From contig NC_088798.1 in the NCBI RefSeq assembly GCF_011386835.1, positions 86,490,001 through 86,554,000 on the forward strand: a stretch of 64,000 bases of DNA. Reading direction: 5' to 3'. This stretch comes from Chrysemys picta bellii. Its lineage: Eukaryota. The position numbers and the translations under genes are program-made. Below the pieces are notes generated by a model that worked only from the letters and a program-made list of their open reading frames with translations, made no database searches and was not told the DNA's origin. Positions 1 to 10,842 of the stretch are shown in pieces. Position 1 is the stretch's first letter, and every line of letters begins with the position of its first letter.

Positions 1-989
1 CTATGTCTCATACCCATAAGTTGTTCTCATTACTTTTACTTTTCTGCTGCAGAATATAGTGAGAAGTGAAGCCTGCCCTCTGAGCTGTCTTTCAAGCTTC
101 TTTATACAGACTAATAGCAGCAGTAGGAGTTCATTGCTATTATTTTAATCTTACTCTACATTTTTCAAGATATTGTATCAAGGTTGAAAAGTTACAAGTT
201 TCACAATGTTGTTCACATCTGCAACAACAAAATATCCATCTTGCCTGATAAAATGTGGGGACACAGAAATTGGCATTTCACCACTTCAGTGACTAGCTAC
301 CAGCCATATAACTATGGAGGGGAGAAGGGAACTCCATAAAGTCCACTATGGTCCTTATGCTGTAGACCTAAGATATCTTTGCAGTGCTTAACTTCGGTGA
401 AAGGCAACATGGAAAACAGAGATAAATCAATCAAATTGCTACTAATATAGGGATGTACTGAATTCAAAAACACTTTTAACCATCAGCCTGGTAGACTCTT
501 TGGCTGTCTAACTATTCTGCTAATATCTCACTTCAGATGAGATCTGCTGGGGCTTTTCCCACCAGATTGTTCTACTGTCATTGGGGCATCGTCTTCCCTT
601 TGCTGCATGCGTGGAGGGAAGATAAACCAAGGCAGAACCACTGGGTGGGGGCATGATGCTGCAAAAGCATAATGACTTTACATCCACAGACACCCTTCTA
701 CGCAAGCTCCAGGGAAACTTATGGACAGAAAGGTAGAAGCTAAGGAGCAGTGTGTGCTATAGGCCTTTACAGAGGCAGCTGATCTGTAAGCAGATAACTG
801 CACCTACGTTAATGCTAGTAGAAGCACAATTGTCTTAGGATTTATGACTGAGCCCTCATTGGGAGAGTAGAATGGGTTGTGGGGTGAGATATTTGCACAG
901 GTGCAGGGTAGGGGACAATGGAAGCACATCCCTTCCAGGAGTTGTGCTGAGAAGGGAGAGAAAATTATGATGTGGCTCTTTATGAGAGG

Positions 990-1156
990 GTTAGAGCAAG
1001 TGTCTGGAAGTCATGAATGCAGGGTTCTATTCTTAGCTTTCCTAGTGGATCTAATGGGTTCTTGCACAAGTCATTTAACCTTCCTGTTCCTGGGTTTACC
1101 CATTCATACAATGGATATAAAAATGTCTACCTCCTAGTGGTACTATGAGACTTAAA
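990..1156 (+). mobile_element. MIR/CORE-type SINE, degraded
   Basis: gcacaagtcatttaaccttcctgttcctgggtttacccattcatacaatggatataaaaatgtctacctcctagtggtactatgagacttaaa resembles the CORE domain (ggcaagtcacttaacctctctgtgcctcagtttcctcatctgtaaaatgggg...). Boundaries approximate. Confidence 0.65.
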
Positions 1157-2415
1157 ACCAGATTGTGGCTCTGATCTTCCCCATGCTCTTTCAAGAGGCT
1201 AGTGCTGCCATGGACACTAACCAGGAGCAATGCCTCTGCTTTCCAATAGGATTGAGCTTAACCTCTCTCCACTGGTAAAAGCAGGGAGGGGAAGGTCCAT
1301 TTCATGTCTCTCCCCTTGCATTCTTGTGCAAAGCTAGGCACTTTCTAACCCTCAGTTATTCAGTACACATACTGTAAGAACCTATTGCTAAAAAGTACTA
1401 TGGAAGGGAAAAGGATCATATTAGTTGTTGTTAATATATCTGACAATTTTCACCACTGGTTAAAAAGTTTAAAAAACTGTGGTTTTTAAACAGCAGAGGT
1501 CTTTAAGCATCAGATATTCTAAATCTCTATGCAGCATCATTTATAATAATAAAAGCTCTTCGAATATTTTGCATAGCAACCGTTGCTAAGAAAAATCTGC
1601 AGCCTAGACCAAAATTCAAATCCTATCAGCATTTCCAGCAGCTGGAGAAGACTAAATATACATAGTTCAAATGGCTGGCTTCCTCCAGAAATTATATTTT
1701 TAGATGTTTCAAAGAGTAATACTGATTTAGTACATAGAAATATTCTTGCTAAATTATAAATATAGGTGGGGTGAGGAGGCTGGATCAAGACAGTACCAAA
1801 ATTTGATTTGTGTATGGTTCAGGTGTTTACCAGTTCAGATCTGAAATCAAATCCATCTCCTGAACCAAAATAGCACGTCTTGTGATGAAGTTTCTGCACC
1901 CTCTCTCTGACCTCATCCCTTCTGCCTGCACTCAAGGTTGCTGAACAGCTCCCACCTTGCAACGAGCACCTTCAGAGAGGCTGCTGAGTCTGGACACAAT
2001 CACTGTCTAATCATATGAGGCCCCATAGGGTGAGTAGCCAGTTCCTCCCACCACTCCTGGCTGCAAATATCTATCCCAGTTGCTCTAGCACAGACACCTA
2101 GCAGCTCCCAGAAGTCCTCAAAGGACTGGTAGACACTGATGGATCCTTGCAAAGAGAGATATTGATGGGGAGTTCCTAGCCAGCACCTCAAAAGCCTCCA
2201 GGAAGAAAAAAGATACTGAAGGGTTGAAGTTTTGAGAGTTCCCCCTACTTGAAGACTCCTAGTGGTGAGTGAGCAAGTGGAAGAGATGTGGGAATGGTTT
2301 GGGGTGGGACAAGGAAAGACTAAAATGGAGAAAAAGATTTTGGTAAAACCTTGCCTATATAACTAACCTGGCTCAAAGGGGAGATCAGATTTGTGTAACT
2401 CGTCAGTGCGGACAC

Positions 2416-2525
2416 TCATAGATTCCAAGGCCAGAAGGGACCATTGTGACCCTCTAGTCTGACCTCCTGTAGAACATAGGCCAGAGAACTTTGCCTAAAA
2501 TAATCTCAAGAGCCTATCTTTTGGA
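2416..2525 (-). mobile_element. CR1 LINE 3'-end fragment
   Basis: tcatagattccaaggccagaagggaccattgtgaccctctagtctgacctcctgt is the reverse complement of a CR1 3' terminus; homologous to the fragments starting at 9649 and 48462. Confidence 0.8.
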
Positions 2526-3639
2526 CACACCCATGGAATTCACATGTACAGCTGATAGATTTTAAAAAAATGAAATACTTCACCAATTTTTGACTTGTTC
2601 TAATCATCAGTGTCTGAGGATGTGATAACACAACCCTTCCCTATCAATGAGAGGGGTGTGAATTAGTCCCTGCCTTGGAATGGGTGATGGGGTGATTGAA
2701 CTACGCCCACACACTGACCTCAGTTTCTGACTACTAAAAACAAGATGTATGTTTAAACATCTTTGTTTAAAACAAATACCTGTCAAGTAGACTCCTTTAT
2801 TTCCTGCTAAAGAAAAGATAATAATTCCTTCTTTGGACATTGGGCACAAACATCTTGTTTTTCAGAAGACTGACAGACAAAAAAAAAAAAAGACCTCTAA
2901 TGGGTTAGTCTTTCTAACAGTTTCCATGCGATATTTTTAAAGAAGGGAAATTATTATTTTTGTTGCTTCAAAAGTTAATATTTCACAGCTAACTTTTCAA
3001 TAATTTTCATAGGCTTTAAATAAAACTTCTGTTTAATAATCTATGTAAAATGTGAGAGTGACATATATCAAGGCACCTGGCCAGTCTTTAATGGCCCTCC
3101 TGTATCTGAACAAGAACTGTATCTTGCAGCACTTTGGAGATGACCATTTTGATACCATAAACAGGCTATTTTGATCATAAAACTCCTGGGCTGTGCCTGG
3201 AACATTAATTGAATCATTTAGCCACCCATTCCTGATAAGCCATAAAATAGTCTGCATTTGGCTTGTGGCCTTTGCAGCCAGTTGATTTTGTTCTAGCTTT
3301 CCAGGTGAAGATATTGTGGTATCTATAGAGCTGTAGCCATGACATCAGCCCGCAGGTCACTGACAATAGAACGGTCCATAGGACAACTGCACAATGTATC
3401 TGTCCAAATTAGAATCCTCAGAGATAGCAACAAGGTCACTTTAGAAATTATGTCAACAGCTGGGCTCTGTCTGATTGGGTGAGCCTCCCACCCCCAGCAT
3501 TTCTCTCCTCCTGCCATAAACTGAGTCCACTGCTGGGCATCCCAGTGCAATGGGATTGGCATTAACACCCCATTTATATGAATGTGCCAGTTCACCCCCT
3601 AAACCAATACAGGCAGATATTGCTGGTTTGGTCACATTT

Positions 3640-3752
3640 GGGGCACACTTCCAAACTTTTCTTCACAACCATGAGGCTAGCAACTTACTTTTGTCTTCTC
3701 ATGAAAGCTTAGGATCTGATGTAATCACATGACTCCAGGACCTAGGACCTTA
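3640..3752. repeat. Fragment of a dispersed (probably hAT-derived) repeat; second copy at ~10590-10842
   Basis: Shares cttttct..caaccatga(g/a)gg..aga and cacatg(a/g)ctc(c/t)agga.ct.ggg with 10710-10800. Confidence 0.45.
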
Positions 3753-4873
3753 TGTTGGGATTTAGCAATGTATTTTAACAAATCAATCCATTTTAAGACT
3801 AAAGTGTTATGAATTATGAACTTAACTCGCATCCTTTCCTACAGGGAAGGGAATGAGGGAAATCCCCCAGGCTCTGTACTTTCCAAAGGAAGGGGAGATA
3901 GCAGAATGATGTGGGACTCCAAAGATGCTTGTTGCACATCTGCATAGCCCAGAAAGCAATGAGGGGGAGGGAAAGAGGCCCCACAGGCAATGAGGCAGAC
4001 AGGGAAAGGGAATTTAAGAAAGCTAAGCAAAGTGGATACAGACCTGCCATGTAAATCATGTGACACTCACACATTTGGTAGGCCTGTAACAACATCCCAC
4101 AAAACTGGTAAAATGGCAGGCACTTGTATGTGTGTGGCCCTCTGACACACACCACCCTGCAATTTAGGGGAACATGCTCTGAACTACAAGAAAAGAGTCT
4201 AAAACCTAATCCCAGTTCTTCTACTGACACCTTTTAATATTTTTGTGCACTTCACAATCCTTTCTAACCAAGGCCTCAAACCCCTATCTTAAGGAGAGCA
4301 ACAAACAACCCTTTTACAATTAAGGTGGCTGAAAAGTTAGACAAGGTCAGTGCAAGTAAATGTAGGAATATAACCCAGGCCTGTAATATGGCAGATCAAA
4401 TTTTCATCCACTTTGTCACACAGCCTGTCAGAAGAAATGGTCCAGATTATATGCTTGTCTAATCTACACTAACAGTGTGGATCTTTGTCCCTCTCTAGTA
4501 TCTACAGCACATATACAGGTTTTAAGTGTGTCAATACCTCCATGCTACTGTGTGTTGCTCTTTAATTCAAGTGGTAGAAGCTTATACTTTTAAATATAGA
4601 GATTGCAGGTTGAACCCCAGATGACCCAAACATGGGCATTGTTATACTTGGGTCTGCTCTATTTCCAGTGTTTGTGTTTTGGTTAATGGGAGTTCTCTTT
4701 AAGTACAGTATGGGGTACATATTCTAGGTAAGAAGACTAAGAGCAATGGGTGCACATAGTGGAAGATCCTAACTTTTCTGAATGAAAAAAAAATCAGAAT
4801 GTGATTTAATGAACACATCATTCCAGAAAACCAGCTTCACTCCGGAAGGTATAAAAGTGCGTAGCACTTATTA

Positions 4874-5100
4874 GGGGACTGAATGCTTCAGGATATTGCG
4901 AATGCCATTCAGAGCCTTTTGTCTGTAGGCCACCAGTATGAATCCACCCCAGTAAATATTAATAGTTGCTCCCATTTAATGGATGTTTGATATCCCTTAT
5001 ATGCATTGAATTTGGTAGATCTAAGTTCCAGCACTCACCTGACAAACTCACTACAACACTTTGCACTAAGTGGTAGATTTAGCAGAGTGGCCAAGAGCTT
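4874..5100 (+). mobile_element. LF-SINE (living-fossil SINE), 5' half, heavily diverged
   Basis: Starts ggggactgaatgcttcagg (recalled consensus GGGGACTGGATGGCTCAGG). Collinear blocks follow: agagcctttt..tctgtagg, gaatcca.ccc, cccatttaatggatgtttg, ttggtagatctaagttccag, gcactaagtgg, tagcagagtggccaag. Confidence 0.7.
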
Positions 5101-5106
5101 CATGGG

Positions 5107-5560
5107 TGTGACAGGGTAGCCCTCCCCTTTAAGGCCTGAAGCCATCCAGTCCCTTCAATTAACTCTGCCCTGCAACACCTGGGAAGGGTGGGAGACTTAA
5201 AAGCAAGAAAAGTCTAGCTATAGGAAGGTAAGAGGGGAGGAATGTGGGTTGGTTCCTCTGACTTGAGCCCTCTGTAGGGGCTGGCTGAGGAAGAGATCCA
5301 GGGGAGAAGCAGGGAGTCTCTCCACTAGAAGATCTGAAGGAAAACATATATGGCAGTTTGGTCTTTTGGCAAGATCCTGGAAGGAGCCTGAGTGAGCCTA
5401 GGAGCAGAGGTCAGTGAGAAGGTCAGAGTTTTCCTAGGATTTTTGTGGACACCTGGAGCTAAGGGGAACTTTAATACCCTGGAAGGGGTGGGACTAGCTG
5501 GAGGGCTAAATCACCAAAGCAGTCTGGAAGGCATTGGTGCCTGGGAAGAGTTGTGGAAGA
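5107..5560 (+). mobile_element. Possible degraded solo LTR truncating the LF-SINE
   Basis: Begins TGTGACA exactly where LF-SINE similarity stops; purine-rich LTR-like body. I could not identify the 3' end or a TSD. Confidence 0.3.
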
Positions 5561-5603
5561 TCAAGGAGAAACTTAAAACTAAGTTGCTTCAGTGCTTTGC
5601 TAT

Positions 5604-5836
5604 ACGCATGTCTACACTGCCCTCTAGTTCGGACTACAGGGGTGTGAATAGCCAGGCTCAGCAAAGTGCGGTTCTATAAAACTCCCCTCTACTGTAGTCC
5701 TCTGCATTAGTGAAAACTAGGGACCTCTACGTTTGTGCTGGCAGCATCTACATGGGGGAGTTACAGTGCAGCACTTTGCTGAGCCCTGCTATTCACATTC
5801 CCATAGTCCAAACTGCTTGGCAATGTTGGGACACCA
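5604..5836. mobile_element. Palindromic Harbinger-type MITE; related copy at 28177-28422
   Basis: Starts ...atgtctacactgccc. Inverted arms actacaggggtgtgaatagccaggctcagcaaagtgc / gcactttgctgagccctgctattcacattcccatagt. Confidence 0.7.
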
Positions 5837-6840
5837 TTAAAGCAACTAAATATCAAGGCCCTAAAATTGAGATGCAACACAGGAAAATTTCTAATGAAGT
5901 TTTTTTCCCCTAATGATTCACAACAAAACTGGGCTTTGAATAAAAAGGGCCTTTTGAAAACCGATGTTTAAAGATGATGAGATGTTGACAGAAAAGGGTC
6001 ATAATGGTTTGAATAATTTGCCCCCTCCAAATAGATGAAGGGGTGCAGAGTATGATAACATACATATAACTAACAAAGCTTTTAATTTTACCATTTAGCA
6101 CACCTTTGTTTTTAGATTTCAATGCTATAAATCAGTGTATGTTAATAATTTGTAATTATCAACGGTAATGAGTACAGATGAGGTACCACTCAGGCCGAGG
6201 TCTGGCTGACATAAGTGAGATTTTTCCAATTCTTCTTTTACATTGAATTGTTGATCTGCTTAAAAGGATGTTATTGCTGACAGAACAAAGGTAATGGAAG
6301 TTTTGAGGTAAAAACACAAACCTGTAACAACAAGAACCTTTTTTTACTGGCAAAAGTGAGGAACCGGGTGAGGAAAACATGACACAAACTGGATAAAGAA
6401 GCAAAAATGCAGAAGTGGGATAAATTGAAACTTGCGCTTGTATAAAATGCGCTTACATAAAAGCCAAAAGCTTGATGTGCTAAAAGCTGACTGGGAGAAA
6501 GTTAAGGAATATGGAAATACGAAAAAATCCAAGTGAAAAAGGCCCAAATTAGAGAACACCGGAACAGAAACTGAAGGAACAGGTCTGAAGGATCAGACCA
6601 AGGAATCAGAGGAAACTACAACCATCAAGAAATGTAGGAGAACTTTCCAGTGCCTCAGAATATGATAACTTGGGCCCTCTGCCTGTTCCATCTTGTCAGT
6701 GGTTATTGTCTGGCATAAATATTTATAAATGTAAATGTTCAGCTACTATAAGTGACAATTATCAGGGGGTACCCATGTTAGTCTGTATCCACAAAAACAA
6801 GGAGTCCGGTGGCACCTTAAAGACTAACACATTTATTTGG

Positions 6841-6881
6841 GCATAAGCTTCCGTGGGTAAAAAACCCACTTATTCAGATGC
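6841..6881 (-). ncRNA. Degenerate minimal type I hammerhead ribozyme in PLE-1 terminus
   Basis: Minus strand: GCAT-CTGAATA-A-GTGGGT-TTTTT-ACCCAC-GGAA-GC-T-T-ATGC. Stems I and II pair perfectly; the core deviates from CUGANGA/GAAA at G8 and A13. Confidence 0.7.
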
Positions 6882-7102
6882 ATGGAGTGAAAATTGCAGA
6901 TGCGGGCATTGTTATACTGACACATGAAGAGAAGGGAGTTATTTCACAAGTGGAGAACCAGTGTTGACAGGGCCAATACAATCAGGGTGGATGTAGTTCA
7001 CTCCCAATAATAGATGAGTAGGTGTCAATTCCAGCAGAGGCGAAGTTGCTTTTGTAGTGAGCCAGCCATTCCCAGTTCCTATTCAAGCCCAAATTAATGG
7101 TG

Positions 7103-7354
7103 TTAAATTTGCAAATGAATTTTAGTTATGCAGTTTCTCTTTGAATTGTTTCTGAAGTTTTTTTGTTCAAGTATGGCTATTTTTAAATCTGTTATAGAAT
7201 GTCCAGGAGGATTGAAGTGTTCTCCTACTGGCTTTTGTATGTTACCATTCCTGATGTCCGATTTGTGTCCATTTATTCTTTTACGTAGAAACTGTCCGGT
7301 TTGGCCAATGTACATGGCAGAGGGGCATTGCTGGCAAATGATGGCATATATCAC
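7103..7354 (-). pseudogene. PLE GIY-YIG endonuclease domain remnant
   Basis: ORF track: IYAIICQQCPSAMYIGQTGQFLRKRINGHKSDIR...VGEHFN, a GIY-YIG with an internal CxxC. Confidence 0.9.
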
Positions 7355-7620
7355 ATTAGTAGATGTGCAGGTGAATGTGTCCCTGATGGTGTGGCTGATG
7401 TGGTTGGGTCCTCTGATGGTGTCGCTTGAGTAGATATGGGGACAGAGTAGGCAACGAGGTTTGTTGCAGAGATAGGTTCCTGGGTTAATGTTTCTGTGTT
7501 GTGGTGTGTAGTTGCTGGTGAGTATTTGCTTCAGGTTGGGGGGCTGTCTGTAAGTGAGGACTGGCCTACCTCACAAGGTCTGTGAGAGTGAGGGATCATT
7601 TTCCAGGATAGGTTGTAGAT

Positions 7621-7953
7621 CAGGGGTCGGCAACGTTTGGCACGCGGCTCGCCAGGGTAAGCACCCTGGCGGGCCGGGCCAGTTTATTTACCTGCTAACG
7701 CGGCAGGTTCGGCCGATCGCGGCACCCACTGGCCACGGTTTGCCGTCCCCAGCCAATGGGGGTGGCGGGAAGTCACGGCCAGCACATCCTTCGCCCGCTC
7801 TGCTTCTTGGCGCCCCATTGGCCCGGGACGGCAAACCGTGGCGAGTGGGGGCCACGATCGGCCGAACCTGCCACGTCAGCAGGTAAATAAACTGGCCCGG
7901 CCCGCTAGAGTGCTTACCCTGGCGAGCCGCGTGCCAAACATTGCCGACCCGTG
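7621..7953. mobile_element. hAT MITE, 333 bp, fully palindromic, nested in PLE-1
   Basis: TIR CAGGGGTCGGCAAC / TTGCCGACCCGTG; 8-bp TSD TTGTAGAT (7613-7620, 7954-7961); CpG-rich. Confidence 0.95.
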
Positions 7954-8202
7954 TTGTAGATCATTGATGATGTGCTGGAGAGGTTTTAGCTGGGGGCTGT
8001 ATGTGATGGCCAGTGGTATTCTGTTATTTTCCTTGTTGGGCCTGTCCTATAGTAGGCGACTTCCAGGTACCCATCTTGCTCTGTCAGTCTGGTTCCTCAC
8101 TTCCCCAGGTGAGTATTGTAGTTTTAAGAATGCTTGCTAAAGCTCTTGTAGATGTTTGTCTCTGTCCGAAGGATTGGAGCAAATTCGGTTGTATCTTAGG
8201 GC

Positions 8203-8609
8203 TTAGCTGTAGATAATGGATCGTGTGATGTGTCCTGGATGGAAGCTGGAGGCATGTAAGTAAGTATAGTGGTCAGTAGGCTTCCAGTACAGGGTGGTGT
8301 TTATGTGACCATCACTTATTTGCACTGTAGTGTCCAGGAAGTGGATCTCTTGTGTGGACTGGTCTATGCTGAGGTTAATGGTGGAGTGGAAATTGTTGAA
8401 ATCCAGGTGGAATTTTTCAAGGGCCTCCTTCCTGTGGGTCCATATGATGAAGATGTCATCAGTGTAGCACAAGTAGAGGACGAGCACTAGGAGACGAGAG
8501 CTGAGGAAGCGTTGTTCTAAGTCAGCCATAAAAATGTTGGCATACTTTGGGGCCATGCGGGTACCCATAGCAGTGCTGCTGACTTGAAAGTATAAGTTGT
8601 CCCCAAATC
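8203..8609 (-). pseudogene. PLE reverse transcriptase remnant
   Basis: FGDNLYFQVSSTAMGTRMAPKYANIFMADLE...YTDDIFIIWTH...FLD, matching PLE RT motifs. Confidence 0.9.
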
Positions 8610-8626
8610 TGACAATAATTTTATCC

Positions 8627-9270
8627 GAGACAAGATGGATGAGGTGATATCTTTTACTGGATCAACCTCTACTTGTGAGAGAGAGAAGCTTTTGAGCTTA
8701 CACAGAGCTCTTCTTCAGGTCTGGGAAACTAACTCAGAGTGTCACTGCTAAATAGAAGGTGGAACAGATGGTTTAACATAAGTAGTTAACACATATTTCA
8801 AGGTACCATTCAAGGTGAAATGGTCAATTAACACCCTTCTGGTCACAGGGAGCAAAGGAAGGGAGAGAAGGAAAAACAGCTGGGTGGGGGAGGGGAAGAT
8901 GCTAGTGGGTTATATATTTTTGTAATAAGCCATAAATCCATGTTCATTCCATGATTTTTAGTGTTTAGCAAAGTTATGAATTTATGCTCCCAGGTTTATC
9001 TTTTGAAAGTCTTGTGCAGGTTTCCTTTGAGGATGAGGACTGATAGGTCAGATATGGCGTGATAGCTTTGTGAAAAGTGTTCACCCATAGATGATGTGGT
9101 GTTTGTCTTTCATCATTTTCCTGTGTGAGCTCATTCAAGAGCATCGTGACTGTCTGATTTTACCCAAATAGTTGCTATTGGGGCATTTAGTGCACTTGAT
9201 AAGGTACACCACATGTTGTGATAGTTATCTGTAGGGCCCATGGATCTTGAAAAGTGTGTTGTGGGAGATG
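8627..9270 (-). mobile_element. Second, older Penelope-like element (PLE-2), 3' portion
   Basis: Minus strand 9212-9162 reads HVVYLIKCTKCPNSNYLGK (GIY-YIG), followed by a frameshifted ...MGEHFSQ.. segment. The terminus differs from PLE-1 (gagacaagatggatgaggtgatatc...). Confidence 0.85.
8682..8722 (-). ncRNA. Degenerate minimal hammerhead ribozyme in PLE-2 terminus
   Basis: Minus strand: AGAC-CTGAAGA-A-GAGCT-CTGTGTA-AGCTC-AAAA-GC-T-T-CTCT. CUGANGA is intact and stem II has 5 bp; G12 is changed to A and stem I has one mismatch. Confidence 0.72.
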
Positions 9271-9648
9271 TTCATCAATAGTTCTGTCTGAAATTCTGTA
9301 AATAAAGGTGAAAATTGTTTAAGCCTAAATTAGGTGGACTTGTGACTCATTTCTCATCCCACCCCCAAGAGTGCCCTAAATTGTGAGAAAGTGCTGCAGG
9401 GTGGTGAGTTTTGTAAAATGGGTTATGGAGAATGTAGCACCTTTGTTATTCCTGGGGGATGTTTTGCCTTGGTCAGGATTGAGCTTGAGGCATGATGATA
9501 GGACAAGAGTCTGGTGGAAGCATCATCTGCTGCTACTCTGTAGATGACCTGTAAGGTCTTCATTCACCAAGGCTGCATAAGCACTAAATCCATACAATTT
9601 ATTTAAAGCCATGTTTCTCTTATATGCAACCTAGTGCTTTAAATAACT

Positions 9649-10345
9649 TCATAGATTAGAAAGCCAGAAAGGACTATTGTGATCATCTAGTGTGTCATCT
9701 TGCATGACACCGGCCATTGGACTTCCCTTAATTAATTCCTTTTGAACTAGAGGTTTGGTTTTTTTTAAAGAAAAAAATCCAATCTTGATTTAAAAATCAC
9801 CAGTGATTGAGAATCCACCACAACCCTTGGTAAATTGTTCAAATGGCTAATTACCCTCACTTGAAAATTTACGCCGTATTTTCAGTTTAAATTTATCTGG
9901 CTTTCCCTCCAGCCATTGGCTCTTTTTATATCTTTGTCTACTAGACTGAAGAGCCCACTGTCAAAGTTTTGTTCCCAATGTAGGTTCTTACAAGCTGTGA
10001 TCAAGTCATGCCTTATCCTTCTGTTTGTGACAATAAACAGATTGAGTTTCTTGAATATATAACTATAAGGAATCCTTTCCAATCTTTTAATCATTGTCAC
10101 AGCTCTTTTCTGAGCCCTTTCCAATTTATCAACATCCTTTCTGAATTGTAGATATCAGAATGGGACAGAGTTTTCCATAACTGGTCACCCCAGTGCCAAA
10201 TACAAGAGTAGTAACCTTCCTACCTCTACTCAAGATTCCCCTGTTTGTACATCAAAGCATTATGTTAGCCCTTCTAGCCACAGCATCACACTAGGAGTTC
10301 ATGTTCAGATGACTACTTAGCATGACCCTCCCAAATCTTTTTCAG
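9649..10345 (-). mobile_element. CR1 LINE 3' fragment
   Basis: ORF2 C-terminal remnant at 9882-10124 (ERAQKRAVTMIKRLE...LNLF...GW) plus the CR1 3' UTR terminus catagatt. Confidence 0.88.
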
Positions 10346-10589
10346 AATTACTGTTTCACAGTGCACAAAATGCCACACTTGGAGCTGCACAGAATTTGGC
10401 AGCTAGGTTAAAATCTGCTGTAATTTTCATTTTTTGAGAGAGGTCATTATCTTAGAATCCTTGTCAAAATCTACTCTTCAATGTGCACATCTCAATTGTT
10501 CCAAAATCAATCACCAGGTAACATGAAGACCTTATGGAAGGACCTATGGTTTCATCTTCTCTCTATGTTCTTTGGCAGAAAAGGACAAC

Positions 10590-10842
10590 CGTACCACCAA
10601 TTCCAAGTGTAAAATCATGATTCAGATCTCCGAAACCATGAGATTCCTAAAAATATAATAAATTGTATGTTTTTTGTTTGTCTTTGAACCTTTAGGATTC
10701 ATGTTTTCAAGCTTTTCTCTGCAACCATGAAGGAGAGAAATTTACCTTTTTGCCTCACATTTTAAATAATCACATGGCTCTAGGAACTGGGGCTTTAAGA
10801 AAAACACTCTGTCTTGTGAGAAATTCCCGTTGGTAACACTAG
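10590..10842. repeat. Dispersed (probably hAT-derived) repeat fragment
   Basis: Homologous to 3640-3752; ends gttggtaacact (TIR-like). Confidence 0.45.

Larger units (their letters stand above)
6760..8609 (-). mobile_element. Penelope-like retroelement (PLE-1), 5'-truncated, interrupted by a hAT MITE
   Basis: RT fragment (8203-8568: AMGTRMAPKYANIFM...YTDDIFIIW...FLD) and GIY-YIG fragment (7103-7354: YAIICQQCPSAMYIGQTG...RINGH). The 3' terminus has the taaggtgccac...agactaac motif. TGACAAT flanks both ends (6753-6759, 8610-8616) as a candidate TSD. Confidence 0.92.

Noticed and set aside
3033-3732. Cluster of 60-90-aa ORFs on both strands
   Set aside because: No recognisable domain or splice structure; lengths are as expected by chance.
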